Of a DNA stretch of 64,000 nt, positions 1 through 9,326 are shown piece after piece. The position numbers and the translations under genes were made by a program. This stretch comes from Opitutales bacterium (GTDB lineage Bacteria; Verrucomicrobiota; Verrucomicrobiia; Opitutales; JABSRG01), in NCBI GenBank assembly GCA_049599475.1, contig JBMYOQ010000013.1, positions 23,011 through 87,010 of the forward strand, written 5' to 3'. The first letter of the stretch is position 1. The number at the start of each line of letters is the position of its first letter. Under the pieces are notes generated by a model, which had not been told where the DNA came from, ran no database searches, and saw nothing but the letters and a program-made list of their open reading frames with translations.

Positions 1-1193
1 CGCTTACCTGTCCGCAGAACAGCCGAAGATGGCACTACAACTGGCGCTTCGCTTGCCTCCCCTGGAACATAACCCAACTCCTCTGCAGGCACTAGATCCA
101 TACCGCACACATCGCAGGCCCCGGGACCGTCCTTGACGATCTCAGGGTGCATGGGGCTGATCCACTTGCCCGCCAAATCTGGCGCATACACTTGTCCGTT
201 CTCAGCAATACGAGAGGATACCAAAGCCCGCACAAACATGCCGGGTTTCAATCGTCCTTGCTTATTGGGTATATTGACCCGCACTCGCACAGTCCGCGTT
301 TTACTATCAACAAGTGGTTCGAGAAATGCAATCTGACCTTTAAAGGTCTCACCAGGAACGGACTCCACTGAAAACGAAACCTCCTGTCCGAAGCGCAACC
401 AGGGAAGATCTGACTCATAAGCATCCAGATAGGCCCACAGAACCGAGAGATCTACGATTTCAAATAGAGGTTCCCCCGTCTCCAGATAGTCACCTTCATT
501 GACATGTTTGGCCGTCACGATGCCTCCCGCCGGGGCTTTCAGAACAAAATGATCTTTGGCTTCTCCGCTCTCAACAATTGCGTCTATCTGCTCAGGCAAC
601 AGGTCCCAGAGGCGAAGCTTTTCACGAGCGGCACGCGTAATCGAACTATTTGGATCTGCCCGATATGCAGATAGGAGTTCACGCTGTGCTGTCAGCAAAT
701 CGGGGCTGTAAACCTTTGCTAGATGTTCCCCTTTCTGGACACGAATGCCTGTGAAATTCACATACAATTCATCGATCCGTGCTGGAAAGCGCGCACTCAA
801 CGACCTTTCTCGGGTTTCGTCATAATCCAGCTTGCCCACGAGTCGGATCTCGGCCTCCGGGAAATCACGCCGAATTTCGGTAGTCTGAATATCTGCCAAG
901 GCCCTCGAAGCCTCACTCATACTCAAAGCACGTGGTCCTTCACCAGCACCGGAGCCCGACTCGAGAGGAATCAAGTCCATCCCACAAATGGGGCAATCTC
1001 CCATTTCGGGCTGTTGAATAGAAGGGTGCATGGAGCAAGTCCATGTCTCAGGCACCGAACTTGCCTGCAATGATTCAATGCCTACGGCGTGATCGTGTGC
1101 ATCATTGCCGAAAAACAAACGTCCGATAAAAATCCCGACAATTAGCGCGATACAGATACCCCCGAGGAATGTTATCGAAGTTTGCTTATTCAT
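1..1193 (-). CDS. CusB/SilB-type RND efflux periplasmic adaptor with heavy-metal-binding domain (partial, runs off the window)
   Basis: Not in the ORF track; translated by hand from ATG at 1193: MNKQTSITFLGGICIALIVGIFIGRLFFG...ETWTCSMHPSIQQPEMGDCPICGMDLIPL. Overlaps the TolC stop. Confidence 0.88.
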   Translation of the reverse strand, partial: MNKQTSITFLGGICIALIVGIFIGRLFFGNDAHDHAVGIESLQASSVPETWTCSMHPSIQQPEMGDCPICGMDLIPLESGSGAGEGPRALSMSEASRALADIQTTEIRRDFPEAEIRLVGKLDYDETRERSLSARFPARIDELYVNFTGIRVQKGEHLAKVYSPDLLTAQRELLSAYRADPNSSITRAAREKLRLWDLLPEQIDAIVESGEAKDHFVLKAPAGGIVTAKHVNEGDYLETGEPLFEIVDLSVLWAYLDAYESDLPWLRFGQEVSFSVESVPGETFKGQIAFLEPLVDSKTRTVRVRVNIPNKQGRLKPGMFVRALVSSRIAENGQVYAPDLAGKWISPMHPEIVKDGPGACDVCGMDLVPAEELGYVPGEASEAPVVVPSSAVLRTGK

Positions 1194-2496
1194 GTTCTGA
1201 GGTAGCTTTGAAAGTGCCCATGAGAGGCTGATTGCTGAGGGCCTGAATTGCGATACGGCGTTTCCATACTTCGGCAGCAGCCTCCCAATAAGTCAGCCTT
1301 AAGTCCAAGAGTGAGCGTTCACTATCGATCAGTTCAACAATGCTTGTGCGTCCCGATTCATAGCTCGCCCGTGAATTTTCAACCGCCTGTTCAGCGAGGG
1401 GCACCAACTCTTTGCCATATAGTTTTTGACGGCGACTTGCGTCCTCTAAAAATGCCAAATGCCCGCGAAGTTCAGCACCCAATTCATTGCGCCGATTCTC
1501 CAAGTCATCCTCATAGGCCCGCTGAGTCGCGAGAGCCTCCGCACGCGCTGCACGCGTTTTATCCACCCAAAGTGGAAGATTTACCGAGAGCATGACACCC
1601 CATGCATCTTTACCGGTATCGGAAACCGCCGTTGCCGATTCTCCTATTTGGATATAATTCAGTCCTATCGATACATCAGGATATCGGTCCAAATCGGCTA
1701 TTTGTTTGCGAGCTTCTGCGCTGGAGACTCGTCGTCGCAACATTTCGAGTTCGGGGTTTTGAGAGTCGAGGGCCACTAGATTAGCAGACACGTCCATACT
1801 CACAGCGACAGGAGGGTTCCAATCTGGCCAAGGAAGTACGTCTGAGTTTTGCAGGCCTAGGAGCTGAGAAAGTTCGGCAGATTTCGCGAGGCGCTGTTGT
1901 TCCAACGACTGTAGCTGATCGTCCACTTTACCCATTTCCACTTTGAGTCTAAGTAAGGCATTCACATCGGACCCGCCTTGAACTTTTGCCTCCACAACAG
2001 GCTCCAACTTTTGCAGCAATTTGCTACCCTCCTCAGTGAGCCTCAATATCTCCTGGAGACACGCGTAGTCGAAGAATGAATCAGAAACCCGGCGTGCGAG
2101 CGACAGTTGTTGAGCCTGGTAAGCATACCACAGGGCCTCCGCTTCAGCCGACGCTGCACTTTCCCGGGAATCTAGTTTTCCAAACCATGGAATTTTTTGA
2201 CTAAGCGAAAAAGCCGTATCCTGAGGACCCGTGCGAGTCTGAACAGACTCCACAAAGGCGGTAACCTGTAGCACCGGATCCGGCAAGGCAGCTGCCTGTG
2301 GCACCCTTTGAATTGCCGCATGATAACGATGTTCAAATGCCTGGATCTCGGGGTTTCCGGACTGTGCCTGCTCGAGATAGTCATGCAGACGAGCTCCATC
2401 AGGTTGAAATCCGGGTGTGTCCTCAGCCATAGCAAGCCCACTGGACAGGACTCCGATCAATCCAGCTATGAGTGCGTATGCTATTGGGTGTGACAT
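1186..2496 (-). CDS. TolC-family outer membrane factor of heavy-metal efflux
   Basis: Signal peptide; ALPDPVL, QKIPWFGKL, YPDVSIGLNY and YESGRTSIVELIDSER motifs; directly upstream of the adaptor. Confidence 0.9.
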   Translation of the reverse strand: MSHPIAYALIAGLIGVLSSGLAMAEDTPGFQPDGARLHDYLEQAQSGNPEIQAFEHRYHAAIQRVPQAAALPDPVLQVTAFVESVQTRTGPQDTAFSLSQKIPWFGKLDSRESAASAEAEALWYAYQAQQLSLARRVSDSFFDYACLQEILRLTEEGSKLLQKLEPVVEAKVQGGSDVNALLRLKVEMGKVDDQLQSLEQQRLAKSAELSQLLGLQNSDVLPWPDWNPPVAVSMDVSANLVALDSQNPELEMLRRRVSSAEARKQIADLDRYPDVSIGLNYIQIGESATAVSDTGKDAWGVMLSVNLPLWVDKTRAARAEALATQRAYEDDLENRRNELGAELRGHLAFLEDASRRQKLYGKELVPLAEQAVENSRASYESGRTSIVELIDSERSLLDLRLTYWEAAAEVWKRRIAIQALSNQPLMGTFKATSEHE

Positions 2497-2501
2497 AAAG
2501 A

Positions 2502-2531
2502 CTTAAACGAGTCGAGCGGGGGGAACCCTCA
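2502..2531 (-). promoter_or_regulatory. Putative ECF (CnrH-like) promoter of the efflux genes
   Basis: Minus strand TGAGGG-N16-CGTTTAAG-N5-ATG; identical elements and spacing at 3910-3939. Confidence 0.8.
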
Positions 2532-3104
2532 AACTTTTTCCCTCATTTCAAGAAGTTCGGATTTCATCAATTTACGCGCTCGATAAATACGAGTTTCAAC
2601 AGTCTTTCGATTCGTATTCAAAACCAGTGCACATTCATCATAAGAATGATCCTCGAGAACACAAAATATGAAGGGAAATTTAAGCTTCTCGGGTAGCTTT
2701 TGAATACATGCCTGAACGCGGCGAAGATCATCACGATATTGGTTTTCCACAGCAGGGTTTGACGCTCCAGAATCAATATTTTCCAATTCCAATTTCTCTG
2801 ATTCGATCGTTAATATGCGCTGTTTCTCACGCTCAGCCTTGCGCAATCGGTCTCTGCAAAGATTCAGAATAATCGCAAAAATCCAAGTTTTCACAGTAGC
2901 TTTGGGCGTGAACCGGTAGGCATTTTTATATACGCGAAAGAAGGTGTCTTCGACCACTTCTTGACTGTCAGAAGCATTACCCAGATAGCGGAATGCAAAG
3001 CGAAACAGGGCCTCTTTATATCGAGCCATTAGCATGATGAGGGCAGACTCATCCCCCTGCCCCACACGCTCAAGAAGCGCAATATCCTCCGCATTCTCTC
3101 CCAT
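2529..3104 (-). CDS. ECF sigma-70 factor (CnrH-like)
   Basis: Region 2 (DSQEVVEDTFFRVY, TWIFAIILNLCRD) and region 4 (SYDECALVLNTNRKTVETRIYRAR). Confidence 0.92.
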   Translation of the reverse strand: MGENAEDIALLERVGQGDESALIMLMARYKEALFRFAFRYLGNASDSQEVVEDTFFRVYKNAYRFTPKATVKTWIFAIILNLCRDRLRKAEREKQRILTIESEKLELENIDSGASNPAVENQYRDDLRRVQACIQKLPEKLKFPFIFCVLEDHSYDECALVLNTNRKTVETRIYRARKLMKSELLEMREKV

Positions 3105-3110
3105 TTAGAT

Positions 3111-3581
3111 TTATTGCGGGACGCTCAAGGCCTTAACTGCAATTTCGCGGAGGCGGACCTGTTTATCCTCCGGCAGCGCGTCCATCATATCATAATAATG
3201 TTGAATCGATAGTTCCTGCAGCTGGCCGTGAACAATATGAAGCTCATGAATGGCGTGCTTGAGCTCTGCTGTGAGCTCATCGGATTCGAGGATTAGCTTG
3301 CGGAGCGCTTCCGTCTTTGCATCAAACTGGGCCTGAAGAGCAGATTTCTGAGTCCGATACGCGGGCTCAACAGCATCAACTGCCGCTGCCTCTGCTGCGC
3401 TCAATTCCAAGGTTGTATGCAACCAGTGATGACCATTCTCGCCATCATGGTGGCTCCAGTCTTGATCCCCTTGCATCAGATGGGTCGTGACTATCGAAAC
3501 AATCACCGAAATCAGCACCAAGCCAGCCACGAGCGCAACAGCAACGACAGCCTTCTTTTTATTCAAAGATTCTGTGCTCAT
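3111..3581 (-). CDS. CnrX-like periplasmic heavy-metal sensor
   Basis: N-terminal TM anchor; HxxxH, Glu 17 residues later and C-terminal HxxxM reproduce the CnrX ligand spacing. Confidence 0.82.
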   Translation of the reverse strand: MSTESLNKKKAVVAVALVAGLVLISVIVSIVTTHLMQGDQDWSHHDGENGHHWLHTTLELSAAEAAAVDAVEPAYRTQKSALQAQFDAKTEALRKLILESDELTAELKHAIHELHIVHGQLQELSIQHYYDMMDALPEDKQVRLREIAVKALSVPQ

Positions 3582-3904
3582 GGTAGACTTAATAAATGCG
3601 ACTCTTGAAAGACATCGAAATCCAGAGCTCTAGCGGCTAGATGACGCTCAGAAATTAATTCGGGCTCTGAGTCGAGCGACAACATTGTCACGCAGGCACT
3701 GACAGCCACCGCGACGGCTATAGAGGCTCCAACAAATGCAGGTTTTGGCACTAAGTTGATCAACCAATCAGTTATTGGCTGCACTCTCGGCTCACCTACC
3801 AAACGAATCCGCCTCAATACATTGTCTTCAAGGGCGCCGGGAGGCTCTGGAAGTGGAACTTTTTTCGCACTGTTTATCAGATTATCAAAAGAATCGTCTC
3901 GCAT
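3578..3904 (-). CDS. CnrY-like small single-TM anti-sigma factor
   Basis: 108 aa, one hydrophobic segment, LEDNVLRRIR motif; first gene of a Y-X-H order; 4-bp overlap with the sensor gene. Confidence 0.7.
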   Translation of the reverse strand: MRDDSFDNLINSAKKVPLPEPPGALEDNVLRRIRLVGEPRVQPITDWLINLVPKPAFVGASIAVAVAVSACVTMLSLDSEPELISERHLAARALDFDVFQESHLLSLP

Positions 3905-3909
3905 ATCCC

Positions 3910-3939
3910 CTTAAACGGTTGGTTCGCAACTGACCCTCA
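3910..3939 (-). promoter_or_regulatory. Putative ECF (CnrH-like) autoregulatory promoter
   Basis: Minus strand TGAGGG-N16-CGTTTAAG-N5-ATG, twin of 2502-2531. Confidence 0.8.
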
Positions 3940-4111
3940 GATTTTCTGCTGATTGACAGTCATTTCTTATAAAGCCTAGGTGAACTTCTCGAAAGGCGAG
4001 CCTTTTGTAACGGTTTAATGAAAAGTCCGAGCCTAGTTTGACTCCCGCCGAAAAGCCGAGATAGCTGCACAACTTAAATCAACTCCAGAACCCTAATTTT
4101 AGAGAAACCTC

Positions 4112-5026
4112 GTGCTCGCGACTCCCACAGAAGACCAAATAATCGCCCCAGATTCCCTCGAAAGCTTTGCAGGCATTATCCTAGATGTCCGCATACCGGA
4201 ATCCTATGAAGAGGGGCATATCGTTGGCTCCCAGAATTTCAGCGTATACCAAACAGATTTTCTGAAAAAAGTGCCCGAAGCCTTCCCCGACAAAACCATA
4301 CATCTTTTGGTTTACGGAGATGGGGATCCATACAAAGCTGACTTAGCTGCACTCGGGCGACTAACCTATTTGGGATATTCGAATGTTTCAGTGCTTGATG
4401 GCGGTATCAAAGCCTGGAAAGAAACGGGCGGTGCGATCGAGGGATCCGGTGAACCCGCGGAAAAAGCGGTCCTCTCCGGAACATTTCCATTGGACACCGA
4501 ACGCACCAAAATCCGATGGGTAGGTCGCAATTTAATGAATCAGCACAACGGCGAGATCGCAGCCAGCTCGGGAACCCTGAGCATTTCGGAGGACGGATCT
4601 CCGACGGAGGGAGAGCTAATCGTCGATATGCAAAAGATGGAGTGTCATGACATACCAGAAAAGTCTCTCGCTGCCATGCTTATCGAGCATTTGGAGAGCG
4701 CGGACTTCTTTGACACCGCATCCTATCCCGAGGCCAGCTTTACACTCGAATCTGCGACACCCATCGAAGGGGCCACCTACGGAAAACCAAATACTCACGT
4801 GAAGGGCTCACTCGCTGCGCGCGGGGTTGTGGCAGATCTAGAAATCGATGCTCTCATCGAACCAATAGAGGATGGCTACGTATTTCAATCAGTGTTCGAT
4901 TTCGATCGTACCCAGATCGGAGCCCTCTATGGATCAGGAAGTATTTTTGAGCGCCTAGGCATGCACCTTGTCAATGACTTGGTGAGCTTGGATATTACCG
5001 CATTTTTCGTGAAGTCTCCGCGATAG
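4112..5026 (+). CDS. Rhodanese-like domain fused to YceI-family domain
   Basis: ILDVR..YEEGHIVGS and VSVLDGGIKAW (rhodanese); HLESADFFDTASYPEASF and FDRTQIG (YceI). Confidence 0.85.
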   Translation: MLATPTEDQIIAPDSLESFAGIILDVRIPESYEEGHIVGSQNFSVYQTDFLKKVPEAFPDKTIHLLVYGDGDPYKADLAALGRLTYLGYSNVSVLDGGIKAWKETGGAIEGSGEPAEKAVLSGTFPLDTERTKIRWVGRNLMNQHNGEIAASSGTLSISEDGSPTEGELIVDMQKMECHDIPEKSLAAMLIEHLESADFFDTASYPEASFTLESATPIEGATYGKPNTHVKGSLAARGVVADLEIDALIEPIEDGYVFQSVFDFDRTQIGALYGSGSIFERLGMHLVNDLVSLDITAFFVKSPR

Positions 5027-5118
5027 GCGCACGAAGGAGCATCATTAGGTTTAGCTGAGAACGGAAGCGTCTTTTGGCGCATCCAATTTCCTAAATTCAA
5101 TTAGCCCAGTTGATACAT

Positions 5119-5155
5119 AAAAAAGCCGATCAACATCATGCGTCGATCGGCTTTT
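5119..5155. terminator. Bidirectional intrinsic terminator
   Basis: AAAAAAGCCGATC...GATCGGCTTTT between convergent genes. Confidence 0.8.
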
Positions 5156-5185
5156 CAAATAAACGAGTAGATATACGCAAAAGCA

Positions 5186-7507
5186 TTAAACCTTCTGCTC
5201 TTCTTCCTCTTTCCGATACATGATCTTACTCCGGTGTTGCTCATCAACATCCACGTAATAATCCTTATAACTGCTATCGTAGTAGTGGGAGTAATAATAC
5301 GAAGAAATATTCAAGTTGATGTTATTCAAAATCGCACCGAAGACAGGTGTATTTGAATCCAAGAGACGACGGACATTCAACTTAGCGGTCTTACGCTTTA
5401 CGGTGTTAAATTTTGCAACATATACGACGCCATCTGCGTGCGGAAGCAGCGCCAAGGTATCAGAAACCGCAACAAGAGGCGGAGTATCGATGATGATCTT
5501 GGTATACCGTTTCCGGAGATCTTGAATCAGTTCTACAAGCTTCGGATTATTCAGAATCTGCGTTGGGTTCTTCGCCTTTGCACCAGCAGGTAGCACATCC
5601 AGATTTGGGTAGAGTTCCTTAATGATGCAATCGTCGATATCTCCGCCGTCCTGAAAGTAAGTGACAATTCCCTTATCTACCTGAATTTGGAGCGACTTTG
5701 CTACATTGGGGAGACGTAAATCACCATCCAGAAGCAAAACCTTTTCACCATGAGTAGCATAAGTAAGCGCCAAATTTGTCGAAACAAATGACTTACCCTC
5801 ACCTGGCACCGTGGAAGTATTTAAGATCACCCGGGCATCTCGGCTATCATCATTCAAACGAAGCGTAGAATGAATCGATCGGAAAGCCTCGGTCACGTGT
5901 CGATCCTGATTGCTCGCAACCGCCTGGGCCTTCTCCGAAGCATCCAAGCGCTTGATTCGTGGAACAATTCCAATAAGCGGAAGGCCAACCACACCCTCGA
6001 TATCGAAAGCCGTTTTCACACGATCATCCAAAAATGCGATTAAGAAAACAAGGCCGATACCACAACCGGTGCCTCCGACAAGCCCAAGGGCTACGTTCAA
6101 AATAACGTTCGGAGAACTTGGCTTAGACGCAGGGAAAGCACGGTCAACGATAAGAACATTTGGATTCTTTATGTTTACCTGAGTTCTTTCTTTTGAAAGA
6201 CGGGCATTGAGATCCTGATAAAAGAGTTCTTGAACGGCTAGATCTGCCTCGAGGGACTCATACTTCACTTTCAATTTTGACAGCTCAATCAATGCATCCT
6301 CTTGAGCATCCAGACGTGCCTGGGCTTGTTCGTAAGCATTTCTGGACGCTTGATAATTTGAATATGCGACTTGAACCGAGGACTGCAGGGATTCGCTCAA
6401 TTCCTTCTCCGCTTGGGCCAGCGCTTCCCGAGCCGCGATCATTTGCGGGTGTTTGTCGCGGTAACGCTTAGAAAGCGAAGAAATCTCAATTTTGGAACTA
6501 GAGACTGTAACGAGCAAATTAGCTACCTGAGGATCCCGGGCGATGAACTCGATCTCCCAAAGGTTTCGACCACTGTCACGATATTCCTGAATTTGATCCC
6601 AAAGTGTAGCCGCCTGATCATAATTGCTCTTTTCCATTACGGCTAACTCGTTCAGGCGAGCCATCTCCTGGAGGGCTATGTTCTCATCCTTATCCAAGGA
6701 TACAGAGCCAGAACGCTCACGGAATTCCGCCAGCTCGCTCCTTATACGTTCCACTTCATCACGCTGCTGTGCAGAACGGGTCTCCAAGTCTTCAACAGTC
6801 TTGATTGTGTCATCAATACTGTTCGAGAGGTTGTAGTTCATGAACTCTTCTGCGAAGAGATTCGCGACGCGCGCCGCAATTTCACGATCCGGATGACTAT
6901 ACGAAACAGCCACCATGCGACTCAGACGGAACGGGGATACTTCCCGATTTTCACCTAAGACTTCGATAGGAGTTAAAGCTCCAGATAAAAGAGTAGCATC
7001 ACGGTACGGTGCCATGAATCGGGTCCTCTCATCCGGAGTGAGCCGTTGATTCACTTTTTCAATAACCGCAATACTCTCCAGTCGGCCAATCTGGGTATTT
7101 AAATCCTCAGTACCTCGAATTTCATTAGGATCCTCGTCTCCAATTTGCCCGAGCGGGTTGATGTCATCTCGGAGAATTTCAAGCGTTGCGACAGATTGAA
7201 AAATCTCGGTCGCGTTGTAAGTGTATATAATGGAACCCGCTAGAATAAGCGCAAATGTCACAATAAAATACCAGATGCGCTCTCTAAAAATCAGCAAATA
7301 ATCCTTGATGGATCTGTGCTGAGCATCGTCCTGGTTACCGTAGCCATAGCCTCCTGGCCCACCTTGGCCACCATAGCCGTAGCCACCATAGCCGTAGCCA
7401 CCGTAGCCTCCATAACCATAGCCGCCGCCCTGCGGAGCTTCATAGTAGCCACTCGGGCCTGTTTTCACACTTCGCGGCTGATTGCTTTGCGGAGGATTGT
7501 CGGACAT
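5186..7507 (-). CDS. wzc: Wzc-type polysaccharide co-polymerase / BY-kinase
   Basis: Two TM segments flanking a coiled-coil; Walker A PGEGKS, LLDGDLR, IIIDTPP; C-terminal Tyr cluster SSYYYSHYYDSSYKDYY. Confidence 0.92.
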   Translation of the reverse strand: MSDNPPQSNQPRSVKTGPSGYYEAPQGGGYGYGGYGGYGYGGYGYGGQGGPGGYGYGNQDDAQHRSIKDYLLIFRERIWYFIVTFALILAGSIIYTYNATEIFQSVATLEILRDDINPLGQIGDEDPNEIRGTEDLNTQIGRLESIAVIEKVNQRLTPDERTRFMAPYRDATLLSGALTPIEVLGENREVSPFRLSRMVAVSYSHPDREIAARVANLFAEEFMNYNLSNSIDDTIKTVEDLETRSAQQRDEVERIRSELAEFRERSGSVSLDKDENIALQEMARLNELAVMEKSNYDQAATLWDQIQEYRDSGRNLWEIEFIARDPQVANLLVTVSSSKIEISSLSKRYRDKHPQMIAAREALAQAEKELSESLQSSVQVAYSNYQASRNAYEQAQARLDAQEDALIELSKLKVKYESLEADLAVQELFYQDLNARLSKERTQVNIKNPNVLIVDRAFPASKPSSPNVILNVALGLVGGTGCGIGLVFLIAFLDDRVKTAFDIEGVVGLPLIGIVPRIKRLDASEKAQAVASNQDRHVTEAFRSIHSTLRLNDDSRDARVILNTSTVPGEGKSFVSTNLALTYATHGEKVLLLDGDLRLPNVAKSLQIQVDKGIVTYFQDGGDIDDCIIKELYPNLDVLPAGAKAKNPTQILNNPKLVELIQDLRKRYTKIIIDTPPLVAVSDTLALLPHADGVVYVAKFNTVKRKTAKLNVRRLLDSNTPVFGAILNNINLNISSYYYSHYYDSSYKDYYVDVDEQHRSKIMYRKEEEEQKV
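7338..7450 (-). repeat. Gly/Tyr low-complexity coding repeat at the Wzc N-terminus
   Basis: CCATAGCCGTAGCCA-type repeats encoding GGGYGYGGYGGYGYGGYGYGGQGGPGGYGYG. Confidence 0.9.
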
Positions 7508-7515
7508 GGGAATAA

Positions 7516-8103
7516 TTAAAATCTACGTTCTACCACGTGAAGGGTGTCACCATCAATTAGCGGAAAATCACTCGTATTCGGGTTCGATATAATTTCATCC
7601 AAATTCAGCTCTCTCGTGATAATCTCGCCTGACTCCAACACGCGTTTCAGTTGGATTCGACTAAGATTCGCTAAGCGGGTAGTGCCCCCAGCTTGAGCAA
7701 TGGCATCAGAAAGGAACAAAGGTCTGTCAGGCGGAATGAGCACCACGCCTGGTCTGTGGACTTGGCCCAACACATTAACATTGCGCGCAGCATACTCGAT
7801 AACCTGGAGACTCAGTTGAGGGTTCACAAAGTAATCCGCATCATAACGTTTGAAGAGATATTGCTGAGCATCAGAAACGGTCATCGAACCCAATCGTACC
7901 ATGCCAACTAAGGGCAATCGGACAGATCCATCTGCTTCAACCCTGACTTGAGCCTCCATATCAGGCTCCTGAAATATACGAAAATGGAGAATATCACTCG
8001 GCTGAATCACATAATTCAAACCTACGCTACCGGAACTGTTTCCGCCAGATTGGGCCAGAGCAGCTGTCCAACTAGCGAGTAAAATGATAAGGAATCTTGC
8101 CAT
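7516..8103 (-). CDS. wza: Short Wza/OPX polysaccharide export protein (Poly_export + SLBB)
   Basis: YVIQPSDIL, DGSVRLPLVG, VLGQVHRPG, AIAQAGG, DGDTLHV; 195 aa with no C-terminal outer-membrane helix. Confidence 0.88.
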   Translation of the reverse strand: MARFLIILLASWTAALAQSGGNSSGSVGLNYVIQPSDILHFRIFQEPDMEAQVRVEADGSVRLPLVGMVRLGSMTVSDAQQYLFKRYDADYFVNPQLSLQVIEYAARNVNVLGQVHRPGVVLIPPDRPLFLSDAIAQAGGTTRLANLSRIQLKRVLESGEIITRELNLDEIISNPNTSDFPLIDGDTLHVVERRF

Positions 8104-8106
8104 GAC

Positions 8107-8141
8107 AAAAAAAGAGACTGCCGACAGATATCGACAATCTC
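8107..8141 (-). terminator. Intrinsic terminator-like hairpin 3 nt upstream of the wza ATG
   Basis: Minus strand GAGATTGTCGA-TATCTG-TCGGCAGTCTC followed by T7, then GTC-ATG. Confidence 0.65.
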
Positions 8142-8183
8142 AAGAAATATTAAATCTAAGGCTAAAAGAAGCCGAACGTCCGA

Positions 8184-9326
8184 CTAGTAACGAAGACTCG
8201 CAGTCAACTCCACGACGGTGTTGTCGTAATCAAGGTTGATGGTCGAGTCATTCTCGAGATAATATGCTGTCAGGCCAAAGTTCAGATAACCATTCGGGGA
8301 GTAGTAAACGCCCACACCTCCAGTAACCATATCGTCCTCGCGGTCGGTTGAGATGTAATCGTCGCTCAGGAACGAAATGAAGGGTGCGACAGTCCAGAGA
8401 TCGTTGATCGAGTATATACCTTCCACTGACGCAGTTGACGACTCGATAGGATTACCAGCAACGGTACTCGCAAAGTCCTGGCTAATATTAAGCTTAACAT
8501 TAAGCTTGGGTGTCGCTTCCCAAGAAAGTGCGCCTGCTACGTAAAGCAATGTCTCATCACCTCGAGAACCAGAATCAAAACTTCTCTCGGTGTAACCAAT
8601 ATCAAACTCTCCCTTGAGTTTCGGAAGAATCGTACCGTCCACACCCACAGTCAATCTTACGTCCTCTGGATCAACGCCTACTTGAGTTGGAGTATCATCA
8701 ATATCCGCTTTTCTGTAGTTCGCACCAACAGTAAGATCCCACAATGGGCTCATCGCGTAAAAACCTTTTACGCCAAAGTTGAACACATCTCTATCCGCAA
8801 GAACCGCTCCGAAAGTTCCCACGTAATCCTGAGCGAGAAATGTAGAATTCACTCGCGCCTTCACCTTTTTCGATACCTGGTAGGTCACATCGCCGCCAAA
8901 CTGGAGATTCTCAACCTCGATTAGGCTACCCGCGCGTTGCTGTGTCTTCTGCTGTTCCTCAGTAAATAAAGCGTCGAAATTCGCTGAGATTACAGGAGAT
9001 CCATAGTTAGCATTGAAGTATACCAGAAGATTATCCACATCGAACTGGTCGTTGTCAGTGTAACGCAAGAATTCGTTTTGCACGGTGAGACTCGCATCCC
9101 AAATTGTTTCGCCGCGGAACAAGTCGAACTCGAGCCCTGGAGTGACAGTGAAGATCACATCGTCAAGAGCGTTCGTCGGCGAGTATGTCACGTTGTCGTC
9201 GACAGTCACCGCGGTATCGAGTTTAAAAAAGATATCAACGTTGTCGCCAACAGAGATCATCGGGGCTGCACTCGCGATTGTCGCAGAGACAGCTGAGGCA
9301 ATGGCCAGAGAGGTGGCTAATTTCAT
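8184..9326 (-). CDS. Outer-membrane beta-barrel protein of polysaccharide export
   Basis: Signal peptide, amphipathic beta-strands, C-terminal aromatic residue (ASLRY); upstream of wza-wzc. Confidence 0.8.
   Translation of the reverse strand: MKLATSLAIASAVSATIASAAPMISVGDNVDIFFKLDTAVTVDDNVTYSPTNALDDVIFTVTPGLEFDLFRGETIWDASLTVQNEFLRYTDNDQFDVDNLLVYFNANYGSPVISANFDALFTEEQQKTQQRAGSLIEVENLQFGGDVTYQVSKKVKARVNSTFLAQDYVGTFGAVLADRDVFNFGVKGFYAMSPLWDLTVGANYRKADIDDTPTQVGVDPEDVRLTVGVDGTILPKLKGEFDIGYTERSFDSGSRGDETLLYVAGALSWEATPKLNVKLNISQDFASTVAGNPIESSTASVEGIYSINDLWTVAPFISFLSDDYISTDREDDMVTGGVGVYYSPNGYLNFGLTAYYLENDSTINLDYDNTVVELTASLRY

Noticed and set aside
133-1073. Short plus-strand ORFs
   Set aside because: Antisense shadows of the minus-strand efflux adaptor, which the ORF track missed because it runs off the window.
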